Shown here: piece by piece, positions 1 through 9,849 of the stretch
How the letters are laid out: each line of letters opens with the position of its first letter
Position numbering within the stretch: position 1 is the stretch's first letter
Assembly (NCBI GenBank): GCA_965240325.2
Contig: OZ251228.1
Span: forward strand, 2,976,001-3,040,000
Direction of reading: 5' to 3'
DNA length: 64,000 bases
Source: Rebecca billardiae RCC1528
Taxonomy: Eukaryota > Protista > Haptophyta
Position numbers and translations under genes: made by a program
The notes under the pieces: model-generated
What the model saw: the letters and a program-made list of their open reading frames with translations, nothing else
Database searches by the model: none
What the model was told of the DNA's origin: nothing

Positions 1-107
1 GCGGCGCGGCGTACTCGCTGTGGGCGCGCGCGCTCGGCGCGCGCCGCGCGCACGACCCCGCCGCGTCGCACCCCGCCGTCACGTGGCGGCCGCTGCCGTT
101 TGCCGCG

Positions 108-1844
108 GTGCGCGCGGCCGTGCGGCTGGGCGGCCACCCGCACCCGCCGCCCGGCGCCGGGCCGGCGCGCGCGCCGCCCGCGCTCGCGCGGCGCGCGCCG
201 TTCGCCACGGCGGTCGCGGCGGGCGGCATCCGCCTCCTCGGCGACGCCGAGCTCGCGGACGACGGCCTCGAGCTCACCCCGCTCCGCAAGGGCGTCGGGC
301 TGTGCGGCGCCGCGTGGGCGACCACGCCCGTGCGCATCGCGGACGGCTTTGAGACGGAGTTCGTGCTCGGCATGGGGCGGCCCGCGGGGGAGGCGCTGGG
401 CGGGGACGGGCTGGCGTTCGTGCTGCACGCGGACCCGGTGGGCGCGGACGCGCTCGGCGGCGCGGGGCTGCAGCTCGGGTACGAGGGGCTCGTCAACTGC
501 CTCGCCGTGCAGGTGCGTGTGTGCGTGCGTGTGCGTGCGCGTGCGTGCGTGCGTGCGTGCGTGCGCGCGCGTGCGTGCGTGCACGCGCGCGCGTCGCAGC
601 GCGCCCGGCGGCGGTGCGCGCCGCCCGGCTCACGCGCCGCGCCACGCGCCCAACGCGCTGCGCCGCGCGCGCCCCGGCCGCAGTTCGTCTCCAACCCCTC
701 CTTCGCCGGCGGCGACAGCGCAGCGCGCCGCTCGGCGGGGGCGCGCCGGCGCGCGCGCGGCTCGGACACCGAGTCTGACGAGGAGCGCGGCGGAGGGCGC
801 TCCGGGTACGACAGCAGCAGCAGCAGCAGCTCGGACGAGGGCGGCGGCGCGGACTCGGAGCGGCGGCTCGGGCGGCGCGCGGCGCGCGGCGCCTCGTCCC
901 GCCGCCGCGCGCTCGAGCACACCGAGCTCGTCGCCGTCCCGTCGCGGCCGGGCGTGCTGCGCGTGCCGCTCGCGTGGTCGGGCCGCGAGTGCATCGACCC
1001 GCACTCGGGCGAGCACTTCATCGCGCCCACGTTCAGGCGGCACGCGCAGCTGAGCGCGAGGCGCAAGGCGCGGCAGCTGTCGGCGCGCGCGAGGCTCGAG
1101 GCCGAGCGGCGCAGCGCCGACTACGGCCGCCGCCGCTCGCACCTGCACAACACGGTCAGCCTGCAGTCCAACGGTGCGCGCGCGCGCGCCGCGGCGCTCG
1201 TGCGAGCCTCCCAGCGCGCGCGGCCCCCCCGCCCCCGCCCCCCCCCCTTCCGCCGCTCACGCGCCGCTCGGCCGCGCACGCCCGCCGCCCGCCTCGCCGC
1301 CGCCCCGTGGCGCAGGCGAGAAGCCCAACTCGCCGCGCGCCGACTGCACGCTCGCGCGCGCCGCGCTGACGCACACGCAGCTCGACGACGGCGCGCCCAA
1401 GCGCGTGCGCATCGTGCTCGAGCCGTCGCGGTACGAGAGGGAGGCGGGCGCGGCCGAGTCGGCGCTCGGCTCGATGCGGCTGATGGTGTACGTGGCCGAC
1501 CTGCACGACAGCGCCGCCAACACGCAGGTGCGCGCGCGCGCGCGGCCGCTCGCCGCGGGCGCGGCGTCGTGCGCGGCCGTGCTCCCTCACTGACTCGCTC
1601 GCTCGCTCGCTCGCTCACGCGCGCCCACGCCCACGGCCGCCTCACTGTGCCCCCCTGTGCTCAGGCGGTGCTCAACATGGAGGTGGACCTGGGCTCTCTC
1701 TTCCGGCACTGGAAGGGCGGCGCCATGTACGCGGGCTTCACCGCCTCGACCGGCCGGCTGTACGGCTCGCACGCGATCAGCGAGTGGACCTTCTACGAGG
1801 TGGTCAACGGCGAGCGCCACGCCGGCCGCCGCTCGGTCTTCTGA
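108..1844 (+). CDS. L-type (legume-like) lectin domain protein, spliced, 5' end uncertain (introns 513-683, 1174-1315, 1528-1664)
   Basis: Motifs GDAELADDGLELTP...GAAW...GFETEF...GGDGLAFVLH...LGYEGL.NCLAVQF and C-terminal YAGFTASTG...HAISEWTF. Removing three GT..CAG introns joins the frames. Confidence 0.75.
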   Translation: MRAAVRLGGHPHPPPGAGPARAPPALARRAPFATAVAAGGIRLLGDAELADDGLELTPLRKGVGLCGAAWATTPVRIADGFETEFVLGMGRPAGEALGGDGLAFVLHADPVGADALGGAGLQLGYEGLVNCLAVQVRVCVRVRARACVRACVRARACVHARASQRARRRCAPPGSRAAPRAQRAAPRAPRPQFVSNPSFAGGDSAARRSAGARRRARGSDTESDEERGGGRSGYDSSSSSSSDEGGGADSERRLGRRAARGASSRRRALEHTELVAVPSRPGVLRVPLAWSGRECIDPHSGEHFIAPTFRRHAQLSARRKARQLSARARLEAERRSADYGRRRSHLHNTVSLQSNGARARAAALVRASQRARPPRPRPPPFRRSRAARPRTPAARLAAAPWRRREAQLAARRLHARARRADAHAARRRRAQARAHRARAVAVREGGGRGRVGARLDAADGVRGRPARQRRQHAGARARAAARRGRGVVRGRAPSLTRSLARSLTRAHAHGRLTVPPCAQAVLNMEVDLGSLFRHWKGGAMYAGFTASTGRLYGSHAISEWTFYEVVNGERHAGRRSVF

Positions 1845-2324
1845 GACGTTGGAACTAGCAGTTTTACTCCGATTCTTTACCCGCACCCATCGGTTCGCGG
1901 TGGTTTGACGCGATGGGAAATCTCAAATCTGGCATATGATACCTCCATACAATCATAATCTGAGGTCGATCACAATCACACCTCGACCGCGGATTCACAT
2001 TCAGATATACAGTCATGTTTAAGTCGAATTTGTACTGTGTATGCCGTTCACGTGTTAATGACGTTTCGAAAACCGGACAGCCGCGCTAACACCTCTGATA
2101 ATTGACGATGTCCGAATAATTAGTCAATGGTATATATTAACGATATAATGCGTTTTCCCCCGCCTGATTCGATTTCGGCTAGATTCCCCACGCGACGAGT
2201 GCTAATTGATGACCAGCCTAGATCAATTAAGTCTCGTTGAAAACATTTGGCGCGCCGATTCGGACGCCGAAAGCGCACATGCCCCTGCACAACCCAACGC
2301 GCCGCCGCCGCACGATTGCACGGA

Positions 2325-5300
2325 ATGAACGACGCCCCGCACGTGATGACGTCGACGGAGAGCGACCGCCGGAGCCCGCGGCTCTCGCTGCGCTCGCTCG
2401 CGCCCGCCGCCCCCGTGGTGCCGAGCATGCTCGACGACGGCGCCCTCGCCTACGCCGTCATCCTGGGCGCGGTGTGCTACTACCTGCTCGCGCTCGCGCT
2501 GTGCTACGCCGCGCTCGGCGACGCGCGTGAGCAGCTCCTCCCGGTGGAGCGGTACGCGGCGCAGTGCACGGGCGCGGTGATCGTCGGCAGCACCGTGCTG
2601 CGCTCCATCCACCTCGCCTTCTCGCGCGGCCCCGTCTCCAACGCCGAGCTCGCGATGCTCGCGACCAACGCGGTCGCCGCCTCGTCCAACCTGCTGATGG
2701 GCGCGACCTCCACGCCCGTGCTCGTCGACCCGATCACCGGCACCTCCGAGTTCATGGTGCGCTGGTGCGAGTACACGTCCCTCGGCTTCCTCATGACCTT
2801 CGTCGTCGAGGCCATGTCCGCGCGCTCGGTGCGCGAGGCGCTCGCGCTCGCCGTGCTGATGGGCGTGAGCACGTGCTGCGGCCTGCTCCTGCCGCTGTGC
2901 AAGAGCCCGCGCGCGTGGGGCCTGCTGATGGCCTTCGCCTTCGCCACGTACGCGCCGCTCTTCCCGCGCCTCGTCCGCTGCCGCCGCGCGTACCACGACG
3001 CCGCCGCGTCGTGCAGCAGCGCGTCCGAGGTGGGCCGCGTGGTGAGCGCCAAGGTGGGCCACGAGCTGATGGCGTGCTGCACGGTGCTGTGGTCGCTCAT
3101 CGTCCTCGACTACGTGCTCGCGTGGGCGGTGGCGGCGTGCCTCGGGGAGCGGTACGGCACCGGCGCGTCGCGGCCGCAGTGGCCCTTCGTGCTCGACTGC
3201 GTGATCGACCTCGCCGCCAAGATGCTGTACGCGCACCTGATCGCGAGCTCGCACGCGCACGTGCCGCTCGAGGCGGAGCGGCAGCAGGCGCGCTGGATCC
3301 GCGAGGCGATGGACGTGGTGTGGGCGGGCTCGCACGACACCATCGTGATCTCCGAGCTGCACGGCGACGGGACGGCGCGCAGCATCGGCTCGAAGGGACT
3401 GTCCGCGCTGCTCGGCGAGGTGCACGCGCGCGAGTGGACGACGTGGCGCGCGCACGCGCTCACGCCCGCGACGCCGGCCACGACCGCGTCGCGCGCCGAC
3501 GCGCTCTCCGAGTCCTCCTCCGCCTCGTCCTACGCCTCGTCCGCGTGCGCCGAGCCTCCCGAGCGCACCGCGCTCGACGAGTTCGGGCCCGCCGTCGAGA
3601 CGGCGTACGAGCCCGACCCGACGCCCGCCACGCCACCCACCACCCCCCAGTCCAAGCTGTCGCGCAGCGGGCGCGTGCGCGGCGCGCCGAGCGCGCAGCA
3701 GCAGGCCGTGCAGCGCGCGTTTGAGCAGCTGATCGCAGACGCGTGGGCCGCGACCGCCGACGCGGACGGGGCGACGGCGATGCTCACGTGGCGGCTGCCG
3801 CACGGCGGCGCGCGCGGCGGGCTGCAATGCGAGGTGCGCGCGACCCGCTGCCGGCACGAGCCGCTGCGCGGCGCGAGCGGCAGCGCCGTGCGCGGAGCAG
3901 CGGCTCGGCTTGGCGCGCCGCCCTTTCTGGTGCTCGTGCTGCGCGACGTGAGCGCGCTCGTGCGCGCGGCCGAGGTCGAGAGGAGCCTGCTGGCGCAGAT
4001 CGCGGAGAAGACGCTGCTCGCCGAGCGCATCGGGCGGAAGAAGGACGAGGAGGCCAACCGCTTCTCGCGGCACGAGGTGAAGAACTGCGTGCTCGCCGCG
4101 ATCGCGCAGTGCGAGGCGCTCGCCGAGTGGCACGCCAAGACCAAGGCGAGCTTCGCGGCCGCGGACACGCAGCCGCTCACCGCCGGGCTGGCCGACCTCT
4201 CGTCGATGCTGCAGCGCTCGCTGAACACGGTGCTCGCCGCGGCGATGGCGAAGGAGCTGGCGAACGGCGAGTACCTCGCCAAGCCCGAGCCAACCGACGT
4301 CGAGGCGCTGCTCCGCGACAACCTCGCCTCGGGCAGCGCGCGCTTTGAGCTGCGCACGACCCCGGCGCCGCTCCCGCCCATCTCGCTTGACCCGCAGCTG
4401 CTCTTCTGCGTGCACCGCAACGCCGTCTCGAACGCGGTCAAGTACGGCTGCCAGACGAGCAAGATCGAGACGGAGGTGCGCCTCGAGGGCGACGTGCTTG
4501 AGCTGCGCGTGACCAACGCGCCGGGCCCGGGCCACGCGGCGCTGCTCGCCACGGGCAGCGCCGAGCGCGTGTTCGTGCGCGGCCTCAGGCTGCACGAGTC
4601 AGCCGAGCTCGGCAGCGGCGGCGGCGGCGCGGGCGCGCACCACGCGAGCGCCGATCCGAACGGCCGGCTCTCGGCGGGCGACGGCGGCTGGATCATGCGC
4701 CGCTGCGCGCAGGCGCTCGGCGGCGAGTGCTCGATCCGCTTCGAGCCCGCGCAGACGGTGTTCGAGCTGCGCTGCCCGGTGCTCACGCCGCGCGCGGACG
4801 ACGGCGGCGGGTGCGCGGGCGCGGAGGCGGCGGCGCCGTTCCAGCTGCCGGCTGGCACGGTCTGCGTCGGCATCGACGACTCCAAGGTGCAGCGCGTCAT
4901 CCTCAAGAAGATCTTCGCCGCGCTGGGCGCGGACGCCGAGCACGTGCACATCCTCGGCGAGCAGGACGAGCACATCCTCAGCGTCGTGCCCACGCTCGCC
5001 CAGGCGGTGCGCGCGCACCCCACGCAGCGGCTCCTCGTGATCGGCGACGAGCACCTCGACCTGGCCGAGGGGTGCGCGTGCACCACCGTCTCGTGCTCGC
5101 GCGCGTTCGGCGAGCTGCGCGCGCTGCTGGCGGGGGAGGAGCTCGAGCGCGTGCTCCTCGTCATCCGCTCGGCGAACGACTCGCGCGCGGACGTGGAGCG
5201 CTACCGCGTGCACGCGCACGGCGTGCTGCCCAAGCGCGGCTTTGCCAAGCAGCCGACCATCGACGCGGTGCGCCCGCTGTGGGAGCAGCGCTTCGAGGCG

Positions 5301-5678
5301 CCGCGCGCGCACGGCGCGGGCGTGGGCGCGCGGCCCGACGCGGCCGACGCGGTCGCCAGGCTCGTGGGCGCGCAGCCGCGCCGCGGCTCCCCGCTGGGCG
5401 CCGACCCCGACCTGCTGTGCGAGGTGAGCCGCACGGTCTCACGGCTGTGCCGAGAGCTGAGCGCGCGCGGCCTGCCGTGGGCGGCCGTGCGCCGCCACCT
5501 GATCTCGCTCAAGGGCGAGCTCGTCTCGCTCAACGCGGTGCTCGGCGTGGCGAATGAGCGCGTGTCCGACGTGGTGCGGCACGTGGACGCACTGCTCGAG
5601 CATCGTGACGAGCCGCCCGCCTTCTGGTCGGAGTGGCACACGCTGCTCGCGCAGATCAACGCCGCGCTCGAGGTGTGA
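2325..5678 (+). CDS. Rhodopsin-histidine kinase-receiver(-Hpt-like) hybrid sensor
   Basis: About 8 hydrophobic helices including helix-C-like VRWCEY, helix-F-like LWS and helix-G DLAAK (Lys codon 3219-3221). Then H-box RHEVKN (4071), N-box NAVSNAVKYG, G2-like SAGDGGWI, and receiver GIDDS..IGDEHLD..IRSAND..LPK. First ATG at 2325; intronless. Confidence 0.85.
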   Translation: MNDAPHVMTSTESDRRSPRLSLRSLAPAAPVVPSMLDDGALAYAVILGAVCYYLLALALCYAALGDAREQLLPVERYAAQCTGAVIVGSTVLRSIHLAFSRGPVSNAELAMLATNAVAASSNLLMGATSTPVLVDPITGTSEFMVRWCEYTSLGFLMTFVVEAMSARSVREALALAVLMGVSTCCGLLLPLCKSPRAWGLLMAFAFATYAPLFPRLVRCRRAYHDAAASCSSASEVGRVVSAKVGHELMACCTVLWSLIVLDYVLAWAVAACLGERYGTGASRPQWPFVLDCVIDLAAKMLYAHLIASSHAHVPLEAERQQARWIREAMDVVWAGSHDTIVISELHGDGTARSIGSKGLSALLGEVHAREWTTWRAHALTPATPATTASRADALSESSSASSYASSACAEPPERTALDEFGPAVETAYEPDPTPATPPTTPQSKLSRSGRVRGAPSAQQQAVQRAFEQLIADAWAATADADGATAMLTWRLPHGGARGGLQCEVRATRCRHEPLRGASGSAVRGAAARLGAPPFLVLVLRDVSALVRAAEVERSLLAQIAEKTLLAERIGRKKDEEANRFSRHEVKNCVLAAIAQCEALAEWHAKTKASFAAADTQPLTAGLADLSSMLQRSLNTVLAAAMAKELANGEYLAKPEPTDVEALLRDNLASGSARFELRTTPAPLPPISLDPQLLFCVHRNAVSNAVKYGCQTSKIETEVRLEGDVLELRVTNAPGPGHAALLATGSAERVFVRGLRLHESAELGSGGGGAGAHHASADPNGRLSAGDGGWIMRRCAQALGGECSIRFEPAQTVFELRCPVLTPRADDGGGCAGAEAAAPFQLPAGTVCVGIDDSKVQRVILKKIFAALGADAEHVHILGEQDEHILSVVPTLAQAVRAHPTQRLLVIGDEHLDLAEGCACTTVSCSRAFGELRALLAGEELERVLLVIRSANDSRADVERYRVHAHGVLPKRGFAKQPTIDAVRPLWEQRFEAPRAHGAGVGARPDAADAVARLVGAQPRRGSPLGADPDLLCEVSRTVSRLCRELSARGLPWAAVRRHLISLKGELVSLNAVLGVANERVSDVVRHVDALLEHRDEPPAFWSEWHTLLAQINAALEV

Positions 5679-6065
5679 CAGACGGCGCGCGCACCGCCGC
5701 ACCCCGCAGCAGCACACCGTGTCTCGTCATCAGCAGCACGCATCACTACGCGCACGCCACATGTGCTGCCCAGCAGCACCATCGTCATGCGCGCGCGCTA
5801 ATATGCGTGTGCATGCACTGGCACGACGCTCATCTCCTGCCGTCAGCAGCAGCAGCAGCAGCGCTGCGAGCTCGCGGACCTGGCAGTGCGGCGCAGCATG
5901 GAGGATCAGCATCGGCGCGCGCTCGTATCAGTATCACGCGCGCAGTCGTCATCGTATCGTCGACGATCGGCGGTGACACATATTCGTCGTCGTCGTCATC
6001 GCCGAGCATACGCAGCCGTCGTCGTCAGCATGAGCACATCCGTGACAGTGTCCCCGCCATCATAG

Positions 6066-6082
6066 TATATATATATATATAT
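6066..6082. repeat. (TA)n microsatellite in intergenic AT island
   Basis: tatatatatatatatat. Confidence 0.9.
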
Positions 6083-6217
6083 GACGAAGCCTCAGAGTCG
6101 TCATACTGTAGCTGGTCGTCGTCCGGTATCATCCGCGCAAATCGAATAAAGGGCGCCCTGGCCGCCCTCTTTAATAGAAATTAGAATTGGTCACCCTCAT
6201 CAGTGCTCACCGTCACG

Positions 6218-7588
6218 ATGGCGGCGGGCGCAGCGGCGCTCGCCGGCGTGCTGGCGATGGTCGGTCCTCGCGAGCCCCCCGCCGTGAGCGGCGACATGAA
6301 GCGCGTGCTGGCGAGTATGCACCTGCGCATGCGCGAGGAGCTGGTCGCGCTGCGGACGCGTGGCCATAACGCGCGCCGCCGGCCGGTCGGGCTGATCGTG
6401 AGCGGCCTCGCGCGCAACTGCGACGTCAGCGAGGCGGCGGCGAACCTGATGGAGGATTGCAATGCGGGCGTGGCCAGCCTCGCCGTGCTGCTGCAGCACT
6501 ACGAGCCCGGCCGCTTCCCCCTGGACGAGCGCTGGGTCGCGCCCAGCCGCCTCGCCAACGAGAGCCTGCCGTTTGCGTGGGGGGCGTGCGCGGCCACGCT
6601 GCTGCGCGCCGCCAACGAGTCGTCGTGCGAGCTGGTGCTCGGGCGGCAGTGGTTCGAGGCGGACGCGCGGGCGCAGGCGCTGTGCGACGGGCGCGGGGCC
6701 ATCCGCAACGTCGGGCGCGCGGCGATGCAGGCGCTCGCCGCCGGCCGCGCGTACGAGTGGCACGGCCACTTCCTCGGACGGCCCAGTCCGGGCGTGCCGC
6801 CGCACGCGTACGTGCGCGGCCGCCTCGACGGGGTGCTGTGCGCGCCGCGCACGCCGGCGGCGACGCTCGCCACGCTGCGCGGCGTGCTCGTCGGCTCGAG
6901 CGTGCAGGACGACGCGCTCACCGGCGCGCAGTTCATCGGCGACATTTACGGCATGATGAGCGCAGACGTGGCGCCCGCCTACTTTGGCGCGTGGCGCTCG
7001 TGGCTGCCGCTCAACTGCTCGAGCGTGTGCTACGCGGGGCAGGGCTCGAGCGCGGTGGACGTGATCAAGCCGGCGTTGGCGAAGGCGTGCACGGGCGAGA
7101 TCCCGCTCTCGCGCTACCTGATCGGCAGCGGCGTGCGCGCCAGCCACCGCGCCAAGTACAGCGGGCAGCCGTTCTTCAAGTTCAGGCCGGGCGAGGCCGC
7201 GAGGGGCGCGCCCAAGCTCGCGGCCGCGTACAGCGCCTTCCGCGCGAAGTTGTGCGCGCCGTGCTGGCCGGCGTGCCAGCTGCCGGCGCTGCGTGGGAAG
7301 AGCGTGCCGCGCTACGCCTGCGGCCGCCGCCCCGACCGTTGCGCGGTGTACGAGCTCGTGCGTGCCAAGCTGCGGTGCAGCAGCGCGTGGTCGCGCCCCT
7401 CGACGTACTGCATGATGCAGAACGCAGAGCGCACCGCGCTGCCGCCGGGCATGAACTGGAGCGCGCCCGGGCGCATGCCGTTGCTCCACTACCCCCCGTC
7501 GATGAAGGCGTCACCATCCTCGCCTCAGATGCCTCGTCGTCGGCGAGGCGTCCGCAGGCGGCGCGATCGGCGGCTGGCCCGGGGCTGA
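6218..7588 (+). CDS. Secreted or type II membrane Cys-rich protein, possibly glycosyltransferase-like
   Basis: Long ORF with hydrophobic N-terminus (MAAGAAALAGVLAMV). Motifs LIVSGLARN and YVRGRLD resemble the SG..R / Y..R.R.D pattern of algal GT-like proteins. Confidence 0.6.
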   Translation: MAAGAAALAGVLAMVGPREPPAVSGDMKRVLASMHLRMREELVALRTRGHNARRRPVGLIVSGLARNCDVSEAAANLMEDCNAGVASLAVLLQHYEPGRFPLDERWVAPSRLANESLPFAWGACAATLLRAANESSCELVLGRQWFEADARAQALCDGRGAIRNVGRAAMQALAAGRAYEWHGHFLGRPSPGVPPHAYVRGRLDGVLCAPRTPAATLATLRGVLVGSSVQDDALTGAQFIGDIYGMMSADVAPAYFGAWRSWLPLNCSSVCYAGQGSSAVDVIKPALAKACTGEIPLSRYLIGSGVRASHRAKYSGQPFFKFRPGEAARGAPKLAAAYSAFRAKLCAPCWPACQLPALRGKSVPRYACGRRPDRCAVYELVRAKLRCSSAWSRPSTYCMMQNAERTALPPGMNWSAPGRMPLLHYPPSMKASPSSPQMPRRRRGVRRRRDRRLARG

Positions 7589-8294
7589 AGGCACGTGGTC
7601 GTGATGCATCGGCGATGCTGTCATCGACAGTTGGCCGATAGATATCCTCCGACGACTTGTTAATATATATATATGGCGGGCCGTAGGTCCGCCCCTTGTA
7701 GTGCCCGGGAAAAGATAAGAAAAAGAAAAAGAAAAAAGAAAATCGCCTCGCAGAGAAAAGAAAATCGCCTCGCTCACTGCCGGGTCGCTTCGCTCACTAC
7801 CGGGCGCCCTCGCAGCTCCCACTGGGGACGCTCGGCCGAAAACACAGTACCGGGTGGCGCGGAGCGCATGGGTGGCGCGCGCCAAATCCAACGCCGGCGC
7901 GGTCATCGCGAGAGGACTCCCGAGGGGGGTTTTCGCCCGATTCGCGATTGCTGCCCTCGTCGTCTCGCGTGCAGGTCGAACGAGGGCCAAAGTCGACGCA
8001 TTTGGAGGCACGCTCGGCGCGTCGACACGATCGTGCGACCTGGGGCGGTCCTCGCCCGACTTGCACGTCGAGCGCTCGCACCGGCCATAGTAGCAAGCGC
8101 TGCGCACGATGACCGCCTCGCCCGATTCACCGCCGCGCGTCGGGCTCGGTGCGGAAAGGCCCTCATCACGAGGCGTCTCGCGGGCGGGAAGCGCCATCGC
8201 ACGCGACGCAAGCTTTGGCGCGGCCTTCTGAACACCATAGCCGGAATCCACACACCGGACTGTCGCGTGCCACAACTTCTCAAGGAACGGGCGC

Positions 8295-9156
8295 ATGCAA
8301 ATCCGTTTGCGTACAAGACGGTGGCGATCATCTTTCGCGATCGTGGCCAAAGATCGCTCGGCGCTCGCGGTCCCTCTAGACGAAAACCCACGTCCGGCCT
8401 GCATGGCGTCGACGGTGACCAATGCGACGGAGGCGCAGCGCAAAGCGGCGTACGAGGCGCAGCGAACGCAGCTGCCGTGTCTGTCGCCGTGGCAGGAACC
8501 GCGTCTTGGCGAGTCGGCGGCCCTCGTCGCACAGCGCTATGACCGATCCCAGAGGCGCATCCGCCACGAGCTGAAACGCCGAGCGTGCAACATTGTCGCC
8601 CCATCCTCCACCATGTCACGAGCGCTGCGGGACGAGGCCGACGTCGTGAAGCCAGTGGCACATGCGCTGCGCTTCCTGTGCCTGCTCGAGCAGCGCGTGC
8701 CCACCCTCGATCGCGAGTGGCACACGCCTCTCGCACTGCGCGCGCGCGCACCGCCGACAGCTCCTGATACCGCCGAACGTGCGGGTGCCGGACCTGTCGC
8801 GCGAAGCGGCGAGCGCCGACGAGCGCTTGGACCTGGACGCGTTGTTGCGCAGCGTGGCGGCCGTGCACGACGCCGACGCGACCTTCGCCGAGCCCATCGT
8901 GCCCGGAGCGGACATCGGCATCCTCGCGACACACGATCTCAGCTGGCGGCAGGAGGAGATGCTGTCGCGTTATTATTCGTCAGTGAGTCAGGTAGCAGAG
9001 GTAGCTCACCATCATCTGTGTGTCGCATTGTTATTCGTCATCCTGCCCGTCAAACCGCTAGATAAAAGGCGCGAACCCGCTGGGGAAATATTGCGACAGC
9101 ACTGGCACGGCCCGCCGACCCCCCCGCCCGCCAGGGCAGAGTTCATATATATTTAA
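8295..9156 (+). pseudogene. Frameshifted remnant of an unknown ORF
   Basis: Protein-like text in frame 8295-9065 (..RYDRSQRRIRHELKRR..) continues in another frame (LLIPPNVRVPDLSRE..). No recognised domain. Confidence 0.3.
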
Positions 9157-9486
9157 CGACGTGGCAGCATCGGACAAGCGTCAGGCTCATAGAGTGCAAC
9201 AGACACATAGAATGCGTCCGCGCCTTCCGTCCAGCCTCCAGGTCAGACAGTGCGCCACCCGCAGCCCTGCCCCCCTACGGGAGCGGGGCCGGAATGGAGC
9301 ACCGCCTCGGCCTGGGGCACGCGGCGGCGACGGCAGATGCCGCCGCGGTCGAGCGCCTTCCGGAGCACTTGGGTGAGGGTGAGGTCGTAGTCAATGTCGC
9401 CGCCCGCCGACCTAGCGGAGGGCAGCTCCGGCAAGCGGCAGCCGCGGCAGCTGTCGCCCCCGTGCGCCCGCGTGGGCGCCTGGATG
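9153..9486 (-). mobile_element. 5'-truncated or non-autonomous relative of the non-LTR retrotransposon at 46.7-51.4 kb
   Basis: Terminus ttaacgacgtgg plus ~25 further similar nt shared with 46673. Flanked on both sides by atatatat (9145-9152, 9487-9494). Confidence 0.7.
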
Positions 9487-9849
9487 ATATATATAAGTGT
9501 AAGATCGTCGTTATTTAATTGGCTGGCTCAAAATAGGCCCAAACATTTCGTCGCCTCAGGCCGGCGAGGCCCCGGACCCCCCAGTCACCAGTGGGCCGGA
9601 CTCGTCCAGTGATGTCACGTGATCACGCCTGTTGAGCAGACGTGACGACGACACGTGACGGTCATCACGGCACGACGAATTCCCAGCCCTGTTCCGCTGG
9701 CGCGGCCGAAGCCGCATCATTTCGATCGTTGCAATTCCGAATGAATTAGTACGACGTCCGAATGATTATTGTGAGCCAAGTCGGAAGAATGATGGGCACA
9801 AAGGAATGAAAGGGGGCTTTCATTCCTTTGACTTGGGCACTGGGCTGTA

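Noticed and set aside
513-683. Stop-free 3n introns as regulated retention
   Set aside because: About 7 of 17 introns are 3n, near expectation, and lack of stops follows from GC richness.
3040-3065. VSAKVG resembling bacteriorhodopsin helix G (DVSAKVG)
   Set aside because: Lies in the loop before helix F and lacks the Asp. DLAAK in the last helix is the proper equivalent.
7673-8542. 289-aa ORF as a transposase or Fanzor
   Set aside because: No DDE, RuvC or zinc-finger motifs recognisable; it starts within the TIR and an A-rich tract.
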